64,000 bases of DNA from Christensenellales bacterium (GTDB lineage Bacteria > Bacillota > Clostridia > Christensenellales > UBA3700). Within the stretch, counting starts at the first letter, position 1; every line of letters begins with the position of its first letter. The stretch spans positions 16,456 to 80,455 of the forward strand of contig JBJETQ010000002.1 in NCBI GenBank assembly GCA_051883395.1, in the 5' to 3' direction. Shown here in pieces: positions 43,020-53,115 of the stretch. The notes below the pieces were generated by a model that was not told where the DNA came from, searched no databases, and worked only from the letters and a program-made list of their open reading frames with translations. The translations under genes were made by a program, and so were the position numbers.

Positions 43020-46000
43020 TTATTCTTTAATTAATATATTTTCGGCGCCAACAATATCCTTTATCTGATTGATTACGTTGTCCCGACAGGCTATTTTTTC
43101 GTCAAGACGATACAACTTTCCGTCAAACTGTATGATTACGCCCGATTTGCCGGGAGCTTTCTGACATACAGACCTGACCATTCCGTATTGTCCCATATTG
43201 ACAATTTTGACGTAAACACGCTTTTCGTTGTTGTCCTGCTTCTTTTCTTCGGGTTTGCTCTCTCCCACCGATACGAAACCTTTGTTGTCCCAGTCGTTGA
43301 CTTCGGTTACGGCAATGGATACCCTGTCGTTGTTGGTATTTATTCTGCCCTTTATTTTGACAATTATATCGTCTTTGAGTACGTCGATATATTTGCCAAG
43401 AACGGTAGGAAAAAATACCAGTTCGACAGTTGCATACAAATCTTCAAGTTCCGCATACGCCATAAGTTTACCCTTTTTGGTAACGCTCTTTTTGAAATGG
43501 CTCAGCATTCCGCCCAAAACGACTTCTTTGTCGGAATACCTGGCTATCAATTCGTCTCTTTCGTTGATTACGCCTTCTTCGCCTTCTTCGTCTTCGCTTG
43601 CCGCAGTAAGCAAAGGAGCAATGAGTGAAAGATTGAAATCAAACTGTTCAAAAGCCTGACGATATTGTTCCAACGGGTGTCCCGTCATATATATATTCAG
43701 AACTTCCTTTTCGTAAGCGTACTTCTGACGGGAATCAAGCTCGTTGAGCTTTGGCACGTCGTCTTCTTGCGTGTTGTCTTCTCCCAGCAGGTCGAACAAA
43801 CTCATCTGTCCGTCGCAATGTTTCTTTTTGGAATTGTTGTAGGTAGCGAGCAGATTTTCGTAACATGCCAGCAATGACGCTCTGGTATGTCCGAAACAGT
43901 CGAATGCACCGCCCTTGATAAGCGCTTCGAACATACGCTTGTTGATAGTGCCTGCCGGCAACCTGTTGAGCAAATCTCCTATCGATTTGAATTCGCCGTT
44001 TTCGTTGCGCTCTCTGACAAGCACTTCCATAGCCGCTTGTCCTACGTTTTTGATACCGCCCAGTCCGAATCTTATAGAATCGTCCTTTGCCCTGAAAATA
44101 TAATCGCTCTTGTTGATGTCAGGCGGCAACACGGTCTTGCCCTTTTCTCTCAAAAACGTGAGATATTTTGCTATTTCGTCGGCTTTGGTGATGCGATTGT
44201 TGATGACGGCGGCAACCAACTCTACCAGATAATATCTCTTGATGTAGCCCGTTTCGTACGCAAGAACGGCATACGCCGCAGCGTGCGACTTGTTGAAAGC
44301 ATACTTGGCAAAGCTCTCCATATCGTCGAATATCTTGCTTGCAACTTCGGCAGGTACGCCCCTTTTTACCGCTCCGTCAACGGCTAGTTCGTGCTTCTGA
44401 ATAACTTCGCCCAGCTCGTTGCGGATTTCTTGCTTTTCAGGACAACCGTTGATGAAAATGTCCTTTTCCTTTTTCATCACGTCGACCTTCTTTTTGCCCA
44501 TTGCACGACGCAGAATGTCGGCTCTGCCCAGCGTGTAACCTGCAAGCTGTTGCACTACTTGCATAACTTGTTCCTGATATACCAGACAGCCGTACGTCAT
44601 GTTGAGAATAGGCTCCAACAAAGGATGGTCGTATCTGATATTTTCGGGATTATGCTTGGCGCTGACATAGGCTGGAATACTGTCTATAGGACCCGGCCTG
44701 AAAAGCGAAATGCCCGCTATGATATCTTCAAGACATTCCGGTTGGAGCTGCATCATAAAGTTTTTCATGCCGGCAGATTCCAACTGGAACACGGCGTCGG
44801 TTTCACCCGAACTGATGAGCTTGTAGACTTCCGGGTCTTCGTAACCCAGCTTGTCAAAATCAATCTCTACACCGTAATTTTCTTTGATATATTGTTTGGC
44901 TTTGCTCAAATCGGTAAGTGTGGTAAGTCCCAAAAAGTCCATTTTGAGCATGCCCAATTCTTCTACTTCGTCCTTCTGGAATTGAGTGGTGATATCGTTG
45001 CCGTTTCTCTGCAAAGGAACGTAATCGGATATTATTTCCTTACATATTACCACACCTGCTGCGTGCTTGGAACAGTTGCGTGGCATACCTTCGATTTTGA
45101 GAGCCATGTCGATAACCCGTCGCATCTCGTCGTCGTTTTCGTACAGCTCGATAACTTCGGGACATTTGCTGGCTTCCAATTCGGCTCTTTTCTTTTCTCT
45201 CTCATCGGGGTCTTTGATGTCGTCCACACTCACCCTGCCCAGCACCATATCGAGAGTAAGCCCCGGCGTGTTTGGAATGGCTTTGGTGGTCTTGGTTACC
45301 TTGTCAAGACTGACATTCATCACTCTGGCGACGTCCTTGATGGCTCCCTTGGCTTTCATCGTGCCGAGAGCGAGAATCTGACATACCTTTTCTTTGCCAT
45401 ATCTGCGTATAACGTAATCGATGACTTCCCCACGTCTGTCCATACAGAAATCTACGTCAAAATCGGGGGCGGACACACGCTCAGGATTGAGAAATCTTTC
45501 AAAGAGCAGATTGTATTTCAATGGGTCGACGTTGGTGATATGTATAGCATAGGCTATGATACTGCCTACGCCGCTGCCCCTGCCTGCACCCACAGGTATC
45601 CCCTGTCCACGAGCATAGTTGATAAAGTCCCACACTATAAGATAGTATTCGTCAAAGCCCATACGGTGTATGATTCCCAGCTCGTATTCCGCTCTCTCGA
45701 TAATATCTTCTCTCAATGGGTCGCCATAACGCTTTTTGAGTCCGTCGTAGGCAAGTTTGCGTAAAAATTGCTCGGGAGTAGAACCGTCGTCAGGCTTGTA
45801 AGGCGGCATAAGGTCTTGCTTTTTTATCTCGATGTTGCACTTTTCCATTACTTCGACGGTGTTGGTTACCGCTTCGGGACACCAACTGAAAAGCTGCATC
45901 ATCTCGTCGTAATCTTTGAGATAAAACTGGTCGCTGTCAAATCTCATTCTGTCAACGTCGTCGAGTTTTTTGCCCGTCTGGATACACAAAAGCGTGTCGT

Positions 46001-46685
46001 GCATCTCTGCGTCCGACTGCTCGATATAATGCACGTCGTTGGTCGCCACGACTTTGACTCCTATTTCTTTGGCAAGTTTGACCAGCAAAGGATTGATTTT
46101 CTTTTCTTCCGCTATTCCGTGGTCCTGAATTTCGATGTAAAAATCGCCTTCGTCAAATATAGATTTGAGCATAAGTGCGTATTGTTTGGCACTCTCATAG
46201 TCGCCTGCAACCAGATATGACGATATCGTTCCCGAAAGACAGCCAGAAAGACAAATAACGCCTTTGGCATGCTGTCTGAGAAGTTCGATATCTATTCTCG
46301 GTTTGTAATAAAAACCTTCAACATATGCCAAAGAATCCATCTTGACTATGTTGCGATAGCCTTCTGTGGTTTTTGCAAGCAAAACAAGGTGGTATCTCTT
46401 TTTGTCTTCCTTGTGCATGTCGTCGCACACATAAAATTCGCAACCTATAATAGGTTTGATACCCTTCTGTCTGGCAGCCTTGTAAAAGGTAAAAGCTCCG
46501 AACATGTTGCCGTGGTCGGTAAGAGCGCAACCCGGCATCTGCTTATCAAGACAAGCCGCAAGCAAAGGCGACTTTTTGCCTTTGGTTATTCTTGCCGCAC
46601 CGTCAAGCAAACTGTACTCGCTGTGCAAATGCAAATGCACAAAGGGTTTGACAACTCTCTTGCCGCTATCTTTTTCATCTGCCAT
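43020..46685 (-). CDS. dnaE: DNA polymerase III alpha subunit
   Basis: 1221 aa with an N-terminal PHP domain (FVHLHLHSEYSLLDGA), a polymerase core (GRGSGVGSIIAY, PDFDVDF) and an OB fold near the C-terminus. Confidence 0.95.
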   Translation of the reverse strand: MADEKDSGKRVVKPFVHLHLHSEYSLLDGAARITKGKKSPLLAACLDKQMPGCALTDHGNMFGAFTFYKAARQKGIKPIIGCEFYVCDDMHKEDKKRYHLVLLAKTTEGYRNIVKMDSLAYVEGFYYKPRIDIELLRQHAKGVICLSGCLSGTISSYLVAGDYESAKQYALMLKSIFDEGDFYIEIQDHGIAEEKKINPLLVKLAKEIGVKVVATNDVHYIEQSDAEMHDTLLCIQTGKKLDDVDRMRFDSDQFYLKDYDEMMQLFSWCPEAVTNTVEVMEKCNIEIKKQDLMPPYKPDDGSTPEQFLRKLAYDGLKKRYGDPLREDIIERAEYELGIIHRMGFDEYYLIVWDFINYARGQGIPVGAGRGSGVGSIIAYAIHITNVDPLKYNLLFERFLNPERVSAPDFDVDFCMDRRGEVIDYVIRRYGKEKVCQILALGTMKAKGAIKDVARVMNVSLDKVTKTTKAIPNTPGLTLDMVLGRVSVDDIKDPDEREKKRAELEASKCPEVIELYENDDEMRRVIDMALKIEGMPRNCSKHAAGVVICKEIISDYVPLQRNGNDITTQFQKDEVEELGMLKMDFLGLTTLTDLSKAKQYIKENYGVEIDFDKLGYEDPEVYKLISSGETDAVFQLESAGMKNFMMQLQPECLEDIIAGISLFRPGPIDSIPAYVSAKHNPENIRYDHPLLEPILNMTYGCLVYQEQVMQVVQQLAGYTLGRADILRRAMGKKKVDVMKKEKDIFINGCPEKQEIRNELGEVIQKHELAVDGAVKRGVPAEVASKIFDDMESFAKYAFNKSHAAAYAVLAYETGYIKRYYLVELVAAVINNRITKADEIAKYLTFLREKGKTVLPPDINKSDYIFRAKDDSIRFGLGGIKNVGQAAMEVLVRERNENGEFKSIGDLLNRLPAGTINKRMFEALIKGGAFDCFGHTRASLLACYENLLATYNNSKKKHCDGQMSLFDLLGEDNTQEDDVPKLNELDSRQKYAYEKEVLNIYMTGHPLEQYRQAFEQFDFNLSLIAPLLTAASEDEEGEEGVINERDELIARYSDKEVVLGGMLSHFKKSVTKKGKLMAYAELEDLYATVELVFFPTVLGKYIDVLKDDIIVKIKGRINTNNDRVSIAVTEVNDWDNKGFVSVGESKPEEKKQDNNEKRVYVKIVNMGQYGMVRSVCQKAPGKSGVIIQFDGKLYRLDEKIACRDNVINQIKDIVGAENILIKE

Positions 46686-47616
46686 TGTATTCTTCCTCCA
46701 TAGTGATAATCTTTTTTAATGCCCTTGCCACGCTCGATTTGCTCATGCCTATACGCTGAGCAAGCGCCCCCATACTCTCCGTGCAATCTTCCATTCTCGC
46801 CATGGCTACCTTATACAGCACAGGGTCGACAGCTTGCAGATTTACCTTGGAAGTCAACCTTTCGACGGCAAGCATATATTTTGAATTGGCAAGGGTGATT
46901 TTGTCGGCGTTTGCCGCAAAAACGTTGGCTTGTCTGTTGATGTTGTTGTTGACTTCTCTTTTGATTAAAATATCGTTGAGCCGCATGGCACATTCGCCTG
47001 CCTTGATAAATGCGAAAAAGTCGCATATCGTTTCGCTGTTTTTGGTATATACTCCGTATGACGAACCCCTGTCGGCAAAACTGAAATGCAGTCCGCATTG
47101 CGCCGTTACGTCTACTATGGTACGGGCTAGATCTTCCTGCAATATGTTGAATTCGAGATGATAACCGCCACGACTGTCTATGTCGTCGGGTATGTATACG
47201 CTGCCTACCGTGAGAAAAACTCCCTGCATAAATGACGATACGTTTTGTCTGTTGGTGAGCAGGCGAGTAATCGACTCGGCACTTTCCAACACCAGATTGT
47301 CTCCGTCAAAATGCGATACGTTCATGGCTCTGAGCATATCGTTGGTGTCGTGAGAATCGACTTTGAGAGTATATACTTCGGATATTGCCGTATTGTATTC
47401 AAGGTCTATACGACAATTGAAAATCTGTTGGAGCAGCTGCATGGCTTTGAGCGCTATCCTGTCGCTCTTGAATTCATATTCCAAAGCGATTGCGTTTTTG
47501 TAGACTGCCACCGAGCCTGCACATTTTGTAAGCGCACACGCAAAAGCGATACCAGCCTTGCCGCCGATATCTATATTTTCGATATATTCTTCTCTTACCT
47601 GCTCGGTATAATTCAT
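46675..47616 (-). CDS. whiA: DNA-binding protein WhiA
   Basis: 313 aa with the expected length and architecture: a degenerate LAGLIDADG-like core plus the C-terminal HTH MSKSSVARALKKI. It overlaps the dnaE start. Confidence 0.75.
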   Translation of the reverse strand: MNYTEQVREEYIENIDIGGKAGIAFACALTKCAGSVAVYKNAIALEYEFKSDRIALKAMQLLQQIFNCRIDLEYNTAISEVYTLKVDSHDTNDMLRAMNVSHFDGDNLVLESAESITRLLTNRQNVSSFMQGVFLTVGSVYIPDDIDSRGGYHLEFNILQEDLARTIVDVTAQCGLHFSFADRGSSYGVYTKNSETICDFFAFIKAGECAMRLNDILIKREVNNNINRQANVFAANADKITLANSKYMLAVERLTSKVNLQAVDPVLYKVAMARMEDCTESMGALAQRIGMSKSSVARALKKIITMEEEYNGR

Positions 47617-48383
47617 TTGTTCTTCCTTGACCTGAATTGCGGAATTTTGTGATTGCAGTTGGCTATCCTGTCGGCAGGAACGTCAAACTTCTGAATAAGT
47701 TGAAGCGCATAGTCCCATTTTGCCACGTTGCACACCTTATGTGCGTCGCTGTTGACAATAAAAATTGCGTCGGTGGACAACAAATCTTCCATAGCTTTGT
47801 CGTCAGGCGTACTGTGCCTTGACGATAGCTCGACGTACGTTCCGTAATCTGCACAGACCTTGCCCAATTCCTTGTAATCTACGTCCAGACGAAAGCCGGG
47901 ATGTGTGATGACGTCGATTGGGTGTCTTTTGACTGCGTTGACGTAAGCTTTGGTATTGTCAGCTATCTGACGTGAAGAAGCGGGTGCTACGTAGTGCGTT
48001 ATACCGTTGAACACCAGCGAGCGATAGTATCTCATTTTTGCAGGTTTGGCTGTAAGATGAAAGCCTGCCAGCACGACGTCAAGCTTGTCCATATCTTCGT
48101 CGCTCAGGTCTATCTCGCCTTCCAGTCCTATGATATTGCTCTCGATGCCGAACAAAATTTTGCAGTCCTGTACAATTGACTGCACGTTGTCTATATCCTT
48201 TCTTATTACGTCAAACTTGCTGCGATGTACGCCTACGAGCGGATGGTTGATTGCGTGGTCTGTGATTGCAATGCAATCCAATCCCACTTCCGCCGCACGC
48301 AAAGCGTTGTCAAGCACGCTTCCCTTGCCGTGAGAATAGCGTGTATGCGTATGAAAATCACTTGTTATTTCTATCTTTTGCAT
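47613..48383 (-). CDS. PHP-domain phosphoesterase
   Basis: 256 aa with DFHTHTRYSHG, ITDHA and later His/Asp motifs of the PHP family. Confidence 0.75.
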   Translation of the reverse strand: MQKIEITSDFHTHTRYSHGKGSVLDNALRAAEVGLDCIAITDHAINHPLVGVHRSKFDVIRKDIDNVQSIVQDCKILFGIESNIIGLEGEIDLSDEDMDKLDVVLAGFHLTAKPAKMRYYRSLVFNGITHYVAPASSRQIADNTKAYVNAVKRHPIDVITHPGFRLDVDYKELGKVCADYGTYVELSSRHSTPDDKAMEDLLSTDAIFIVNSDAHKVCNVAKWDYALQLIQKFDVPADRIANCNHKIPQFRSRKNK

Positions 48384-48413
48384 TGACTTATCCTCGCACG
48401 TATATTATGCGCA

Positions 48414-49289
48414 TTATTTTAATATACGTACTTCATATTCTAAATCAATTGAGTCGCATTTGTCAACCTGCTCTTTGACTTTATTCGAAAGCTCTACAAA
48501 ATCGGCAGAAGTTGCTCCGCCTACGTTGATGATAAAATTGGCGTGTTTTTCCGAAACCATAGCTCCGCCTATTCTGTATCCCTTCATTCCTGCCCTTTCG
48601 ATAAAGTAGCCTGCCGACAAGCCGGGCGGATTTTTGAATACGCTGCCTAAACTCGCCCCTTTGGGCTGGCTTTTTTCTCTTTTGGAGTCATAATACTTTT
48701 GTCTGGCACTCACGTCCACGGGCGACGACACGTCAAGGCGCAACTGCGCTCCCAAAATCACGCCGTTGCCAAAATCAGCATTGCGATACCCCCATTGAAT
48801 CTCGTTGCGTCCCAGCGTGCGCACTTCGCCGTCTTTCCACACGTCAACGCTGTAAATCACGTCGGCAATCTCTGCGCCGAAAGCTCCTGCGTTCATAGCT
48901 ATAGCTCCACCCAAAGTTGCAGGTATTCCGTGGAGCCGCTCCAATCCGCTAAGTCCACGCAATCTGCATTCCGTCGCCAACGTGGCAAGAGCTGCGCCGC
49001 AAGACGCATATATCGTATCGTCGTCCACGACAAACGTAGAAGCCTTTTTTGTACAGACGACTATTTTGCGATATTTGCTGTCGGGAAAAAGCACGTTGGT
49101 ACAGTTGCCGACTACGACGTAATCTTTGCCGCACATATAAAGATAATTGAGTGCGCTCACCAACCCTTTGATAGAAGTGGGATAGATGACGTTTTCTATT
49201 CTTCCCCCGGACTTGAACGACGACATGTTTTTTTGGTTCTGGGATATGACGCACTCCTGGCGTTTGAGCCTGTCTATATTGAAGTCCAT
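48414..49289 (-). CDS. murB: UDP-N-acetylenolpyruvoylglucosamine reductase
   Basis: 291 aa with an FAD-binding domain (VVGNCTNVLF, GIPATLGGAIAMNAGAFG) and C-terminal SLGSVFKNP...FIINVG. Confidence 0.9.
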   Translation of the reverse strand: MDFNIDRLKRQECVISQNQKNMSSFKSGGRIENVIYPTSIKGLVSALNYLYMCGKDYVVVGNCTNVLFPDSKYRKIVVCTKKASTFVVDDDTIYASCGAALATLATECRLRGLSGLERLHGIPATLGGAIAMNAGAFGAEIADVIYSVDVWKDGEVRTLGRNEIQWGYRNADFGNGVILGAQLRLDVSSPVDVSARQKYYDSKREKSQPKGASLGSVFKNPPGLSAGYFIERAGMKGYRIGGAMVSEKHANFIINVGGATSADFVELSNKVKEQVDKCDSIDLEYEVRILK

Positions 49290-49371
49290 ATATCACGATA
49301 TGCCGACAAAACTTTTAAAATGACAATCTCGCACGGCGCACCGCTGGTCTGGCAATCTCACAATAATCTGT

Positions 49372-49409
49372 ACAAAATAAAAGATACCGACTCGAATCAA
49401 TCGGTATCT
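49372..49409 (-). terminator. Intrinsic terminator after lysC
   Basis: On the minus strand, AGATACCGA-ttgattcgag-TCGGTATCT is followed by TTTTATTTT. Confidence 0.8.
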
Positions 49410-49437
49410 GCTTTGACAATACGTCAATTATTTTTTG

Positions 49438-49461
49438 TTTTTATCGACCTGTATCGACTTT
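49438..49461 (-). repeat. Degenerate copy of the A-run/palindrome element (12/16)
   Basis: The sense (minus) strand reads (TG)AAAGTCGATACAGGTCGATAAAAA, starting within the lysC stop codon. Confidence 0.45.
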
Positions 49462-50783
49462 CAGCGATTTTTGAATTCGTTGTAAATTGCGTTGATAGCG
49501 TTTTCGTAATCGCCTGTTGCCACAGCTACGATAATGTTGAGTTCGCTGCTACCTTGGTCTATCATTCTGATATTGATATTTGCCTTGGCAAGCGCTCCGC
49601 ACAGTCTTGCGGCAGTACCCGGATTGTACGACATACCGTGTCCGACCGTTGCAATAAGGCTGACTCCCGTCTTGATTTCGATATTGTCGGGATTGACGGT
49701 CTTTTTTATTCTGTCGATAATGACGTCTTCCTTGCCTGCAAGCTCGCTGTCTGCTACGACGATTGACAGCGTGTCTATACCGCTTGGCATGTGTTCAAAC
49801 GACACGTTGTAATATTCGAATACCGACAACACTCTCCTGGCAAAACCAAGTTCGGAGTTCATCATTGACTTTTCTATAAATACGATACTATATCCCTTTT
49901 TGCCAGCTATACCCGTGATATTTGATTCTTTGATTTTTTCCGCAGGAACTTGCGAAACAATCATTGTACCCTTGGCCTCAGGCATGAACGTATTGCGGAT
50001 ATTGATAGGTATATTGCTGATTCTCACAGGAAAAATCGACTCGGGATGCAATACGTTTGCGCCCATGTAAGACAACTCTCTGAGTTCTCTGTAAGAGAGC
50101 ATTTCGATAGGAGCAGGGTTGTTGACAATTCTTGGGTCAGAAGTCAAAAAGCCGCTGACGTCAGTCCAGTTTTCATAGATGCTTGCGCCTACGGCACGTG
50201 CAATTACTGCACCGCTGACGTCGCTGCCGCCACGGCTGAACGTGTGAACGTTGCCGTTTTCGTCAGCACCGAAAAAGCCCGGAATAACTGCCCTTTCTAC
50301 TTCTTTGAGAACCTGACTTACCTTTTGATTGGTAAGCTCCGCCTCAAATTCTCCCCTGTCGGAAAATACGAATATATCCTTGGCGTCAATAAACGTATAG
50401 CCAAGTTTCTTGGCAAAGATGACTGCGCTGAGATATTCTCCACGAGATGCGCAAAATTCGGAACTACGAAATTTGAGCATTTCTTCTTCTGCCTTGTCAA
50501 GATATGACTCAATGTCAAAATCAAGACCGAGATCCTGCACGATTTCTCTGAATCTTATACGGATTTTGTCAAACGTAGCTTTGCACTCTCCGTTGATTTC
50601 TATATCGTGATAGCACGCATACAAAAGGTCGGTTACTTTGTGGTCCTGCGAATTTCTTTTGCCGGGAGCAGAAACCACAACATATCTGCGGCTGTCGTCA
50701 GATTCTACAATCTTTGCAGATTGGCTTATAGCTTTGGCATCAGCCATCGACGTACCGCCGAATTTTACTACTTTAATTTTCAT
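49461..50783 (-). CDS. lysC: Aspartate kinase
   Basis: MKIKVVKFGGTSMAD, followed by a kinase core and C-terminal ACT domains. The track ORF starts at 50858. I prefer ATG 50783, preceded by GGAGAAG. Confidence 0.9.
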   Translation of the reverse strand: MKIKVVKFGGTSMADAKAISQSAKIVESDDSRRYVVVSAPGKRNSQDHKVTDLLYACYHDIEINGECKATFDKIRIRFREIVQDLGLDFDIESYLDKAEEEMLKFRSSEFCASRGEYLSAVIFAKKLGYTFIDAKDIFVFSDRGEFEAELTNQKVSQVLKEVERAVIPGFFGADENGNVHTFSRGGSDVSGAVIARAVGASIYENWTDVSGFLTSDPRIVNNPAPIEMLSYRELRELSYMGANVLHPESIFPVRISNIPINIRNTFMPEAKGTMIVSQVPAEKIKESNITGIAGKKGYSIVFIEKSMMNSELGFARRVLSVFEYYNVSFEHMPSGIDTLSIVVADSELAGKEDVIIDRIKKTVNPDNIEIKTGVSLIATVGHGMSYNPGTAARLCGALAKANINIRMIDQGSSELNIIVAVATGDYENAINAIYNEFKNR

Positions 50784-50836
50784 TTTCTTCTCCAAATTGT
50801 CAGATTGCGTTACAATCTTGCTATTTTCACTCACAT

Positions 50837-50865
50837 ATTGTACATTGTGTCGACACAATTGGCAA
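50837..50865 (-). promoter_or_regulatory. lysC promoter with an embedded perfect 16-bp palindrome (candidate operator)
   Basis: The minus strand reads TTGCCA-17 nt-TACAAT. The spacer is ATTGTGTCGACACAAT plus G, with the perfect palindrome at 50844-50859. Confidence 0.55.
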
Positions 50866-50935
50866 GCAAATTAAAACATATTAAATTCAAATACTTTTAT
50901 TTTGTGCCTGTTTTTGCGCCGACAAAAGCCTGCAT

Positions 50936-50962
50936 AAGCAAAAAAACGGATATCGTCTATCC
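50936..50962 (-). terminator. Intrinsic terminator downstream of the DUF1015 gene
   Basis: On the minus strand, CGGATA-gacga-TATCCG is followed by TTTTTTT. A second hairpin, ATGCCGTCG/CGACGGCAT, lies at 50978-51008. Confidence 0.65.
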
Positions 50963-51026
50963 GCTCTTTGCCCGTTATATAATATGAATGCCGTCGAAAA
51001 ATAGTTTACCGACGGCATAGACTTGT

Positions 51027-52250
51027 TTATTTGATTTTTCTTGCTTCCATATAATAGCGTTTGTCTTCGGCGTGTCCCATAGAAAACGATTTGCGTGGCA
51101 ATACTCCCCTTCTTGCAACGTATCCGAACAGACTCTGCTTGGATATGGTAGGCATAAAGATTGCTACGGCGTCGTTTTGACGTGCCACTTGCAGAGTGTA
51201 TTCGTCGCCGTGAACGTAATCAATAGCAACGTCCCGATGCTCTACAAGATAATCGTCTATGGCTTGCTGTACGTCGGCTATTGCGTCGCTCGGAGACGAA
51301 TTGACTTTTAGAACAAACTCCTGTCCCCTGTATACAGCCTTAATACTATTCTCTCCTTGCAATCTCTCCTGCAAATAGTTGATAAAATCTAATCCGGCAT
51401 TGAATACAACCCTGTGAATAGGACTGAATTCAAGCGACTTGTCGTGCAGATTGACAAGCTCGCAGAGCGCATATCTTGCAGGATGACGTGCCGCCTGTTC
51501 CGCTGTGAGCGACTTCTTTATTTCTCTCCAACATTCCTTTGCCGTTGCCAGCGAATGATTGCCGTCTCCTACGACAAACATAAGTCCGCTTTCGACCCCA
51601 TATCTGAGTTTAGCCTGCTGTTTGTCGGCAAACTTTTCCAATTTTTCCATTATGGCTTTGCTGTCGTTGACACGATAGCCACACAACCTGCCGCCGCCCA
51701 TATTTAGCTCGAAGTCGTATAGCTTTTGCAATTTTTCCCTGTTGGCATACAAACCGCCTATAATCTCGTCATTCTCGTCGTCCATAAGCAACATGATGTG
51801 CGGAACTTCGATACTTGCGCCCCTTCTTACTTCTATGCGTGCCGGCAATCTTTCTACCACAGTCTTTTCGGTAGCCTTGATGAGCGCTTCGTTGTGTGGA
51901 GTGTAGTCGTAATCTTCCAGGTCGACTGCTATCATCAGACCTAAACGACGTCTGCCGTCGGCAATTTGTCTCTCGACAAGAATAAAGTCTTCGACGGTCT
52001 CAAACACGTCGTTATCAACGTATTTGCTCATTGTGGCGTTGATTGCCGCCGTGCGCTCCTTTTTGTCCTGTCTGTCAAGATATACTTCGGGATAAATGAG
52101 TCGCAAGGTGCTGCATGCGTCGCCTACGTACTCGTCAAGACGTTGCCAATATTCAGGCTGGGACGTAAACTGGTCGCAGGCAATAACCGCCCATTTGGAA
52201 TAGTCAACGCCGCAACGTGGCAAAAGAATCTCAGGTATAACGACTGTCAT
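51027..52250 (-). CDS. DUF1015 family protein
   Basis: 407 aa whose overall pattern (KATEKTVVERLPARIEV..., GDGNHSLATAK) resembles DUF1015. Its start overlaps the cdaA stop by 4 nt. Confidence 0.55.
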   Translation of the reverse strand: MTVVIPEILLPRCGVDYSKWAVIACDQFTSQPEYWQRLDEYVGDACSTLRLIYPEVYLDRQDKKERTAAINATMSKYVDNDVFETVEDFILVERQIADGRRRLGLMIAVDLEDYDYTPHNEALIKATEKTVVERLPARIEVRRGASIEVPHIMLLMDDENDEIIGGLYANREKLQKLYDFELNMGGGRLCGYRVNDSKAIMEKLEKFADKQQAKLRYGVESGLMFVVGDGNHSLATAKECWREIKKSLTAEQAARHPARYALCELVNLHDKSLEFSPIHRVVFNAGLDFINYLQERLQGENSIKAVYRGQEFVLKVNSSPSDAIADVQQAIDDYLVEHRDVAIDYVHGDEYTLQVARQNDAVAIFMPTISKQSLFGYVARRGVLPRKSFSMGHAEDKRYYMEARKIK

Positions 52251-53077
52251 AAGAACTTCCTCTCTCTCTTTTTCTCTCTGGTAGGGTGCGACAAAATTCC
52301 GTATGCCATTTTGATTTCTTCAAGCAATTTTTCCGGAGTCATATATCTCTTGATTTGTCCTGCCTTGACGGTGCTTATGATGCCCGTCTCTTCGCTGACT
52401 ACGATAGAGAATACGTCGGTTTCTTCCGTAACGCCGATAGCCGCCCTGTGTCTGGTACCCAAATCTTTGGCAATATCCACTTCCTGCGACAGCGGCAAAA
52501 AGCAAGCCGCCGACAATATCTTGTCGCCTTTGATAATTACCGCCCCGTCATGAAGCGGACCTTTGGTGCTGAATATGCTCTCTATAAGTCCTGCCGAAAC
52601 GTTGGCTCCCAGCGCTGTTCCGGTATCGAGCAAATGAGAAGGTATCGTGTTTTTGACAATTATTATCAACGCACCGATGTCGTTTTTTGCCATGTTCTGA
52701 CAAGCCTTGACTATCTCGCCTGCCGACTGAATCAAACTTTCTTCGCTGAGATTGTAATCGAGTTTGTTGTCCATCTTGCCGTGAGCCAGCCTGCTGATGA
52801 TGACTTTGAAATCAGACTGATATACGACGACAAAAGTAACGATAAGAAATATCGTCCAGTAGTCGAGAATCTTTTGAGTCATGTGCAGAAATCCGTTGCC
52901 CACCAGATATGCCGCAATATCTACTCCGATATAAACCAGCATGTGGAACGCCCAGAAAATCGCCATTCTTAGACTGTTCCTTTTTTGAAAAAATACGATA
53001 AAAAATACCGAAATCAACAAAAAGGCTATCAGGTCAAGCAGCGACCACCATTTAAAATTTTCAAAAAATTCCGTCAT
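52247..53077 (-). CDS. cdaA: Diadenylate cyclase CdaA (membrane-anchored DAC domain)
   Basis: Three N-terminal TM helices, then GALIIIVKN..., GPLHDGAVIIKGDKILSAACFLPLS and LGTRHRAAIGVTEETD. I prefer ATG 53077 (RBS GGAGGG) over the track's TTG 53119. Confidence 0.9.
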   Translation of the reverse strand: MTEFFENFKWWSLLDLIAFLLISVFFIVFFQKRNSLRMAIFWAFHMLVYIGVDIAAYLVGNGFLHMTQKILDYWTIFLIVTFVVVYQSDFKVIISRLAHGKMDNKLDYNLSEESLIQSAGEIVKACQNMAKNDIGALIIIVKNTIPSHLLDTGTALGANVSAGLIESIFSTKGPLHDGAVIIKGDKILSAACFLPLSQEVDIAKDLGTRHRAAIGVTEETDVFSIVVSEETGIISTVKAGQIKRYMTPEKLLEEIKMAYGILSHPTREKKRERKFL

Positions 53078-53115
53078 AAACCCTCCATTATCTATCGTTA
53101 GTTTGCTATTGAATA

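Noticed and set aside
40440-45764. Long antisense ORFs: 40440-41690 (416 aa), 43188-43628, and 44391-45764 (457 aa). Similar cases lie outside this span at 4920-5834, 14447-15436, 48699-49766 and 54915-55838.
   Set aside because: Each lies opposite a gene with strong homology signals (pfp, dnaE, the rRNA methyltransferase gene, dat, murB, holA). None has a convincing RBS or recognisable motifs. They are typical shadow frames in a genome with biased codon usage.
50784-51026. Lysine (L-box) riboswitch upstream of aspartate kinase
   Set aside because: The predicted promoter leaves only a ~45-nt leader, and the rest of the gap is occupied by two terminator hairpins of the upstream gene. There is no room for a ~180-nt L-box and no matching sequence.
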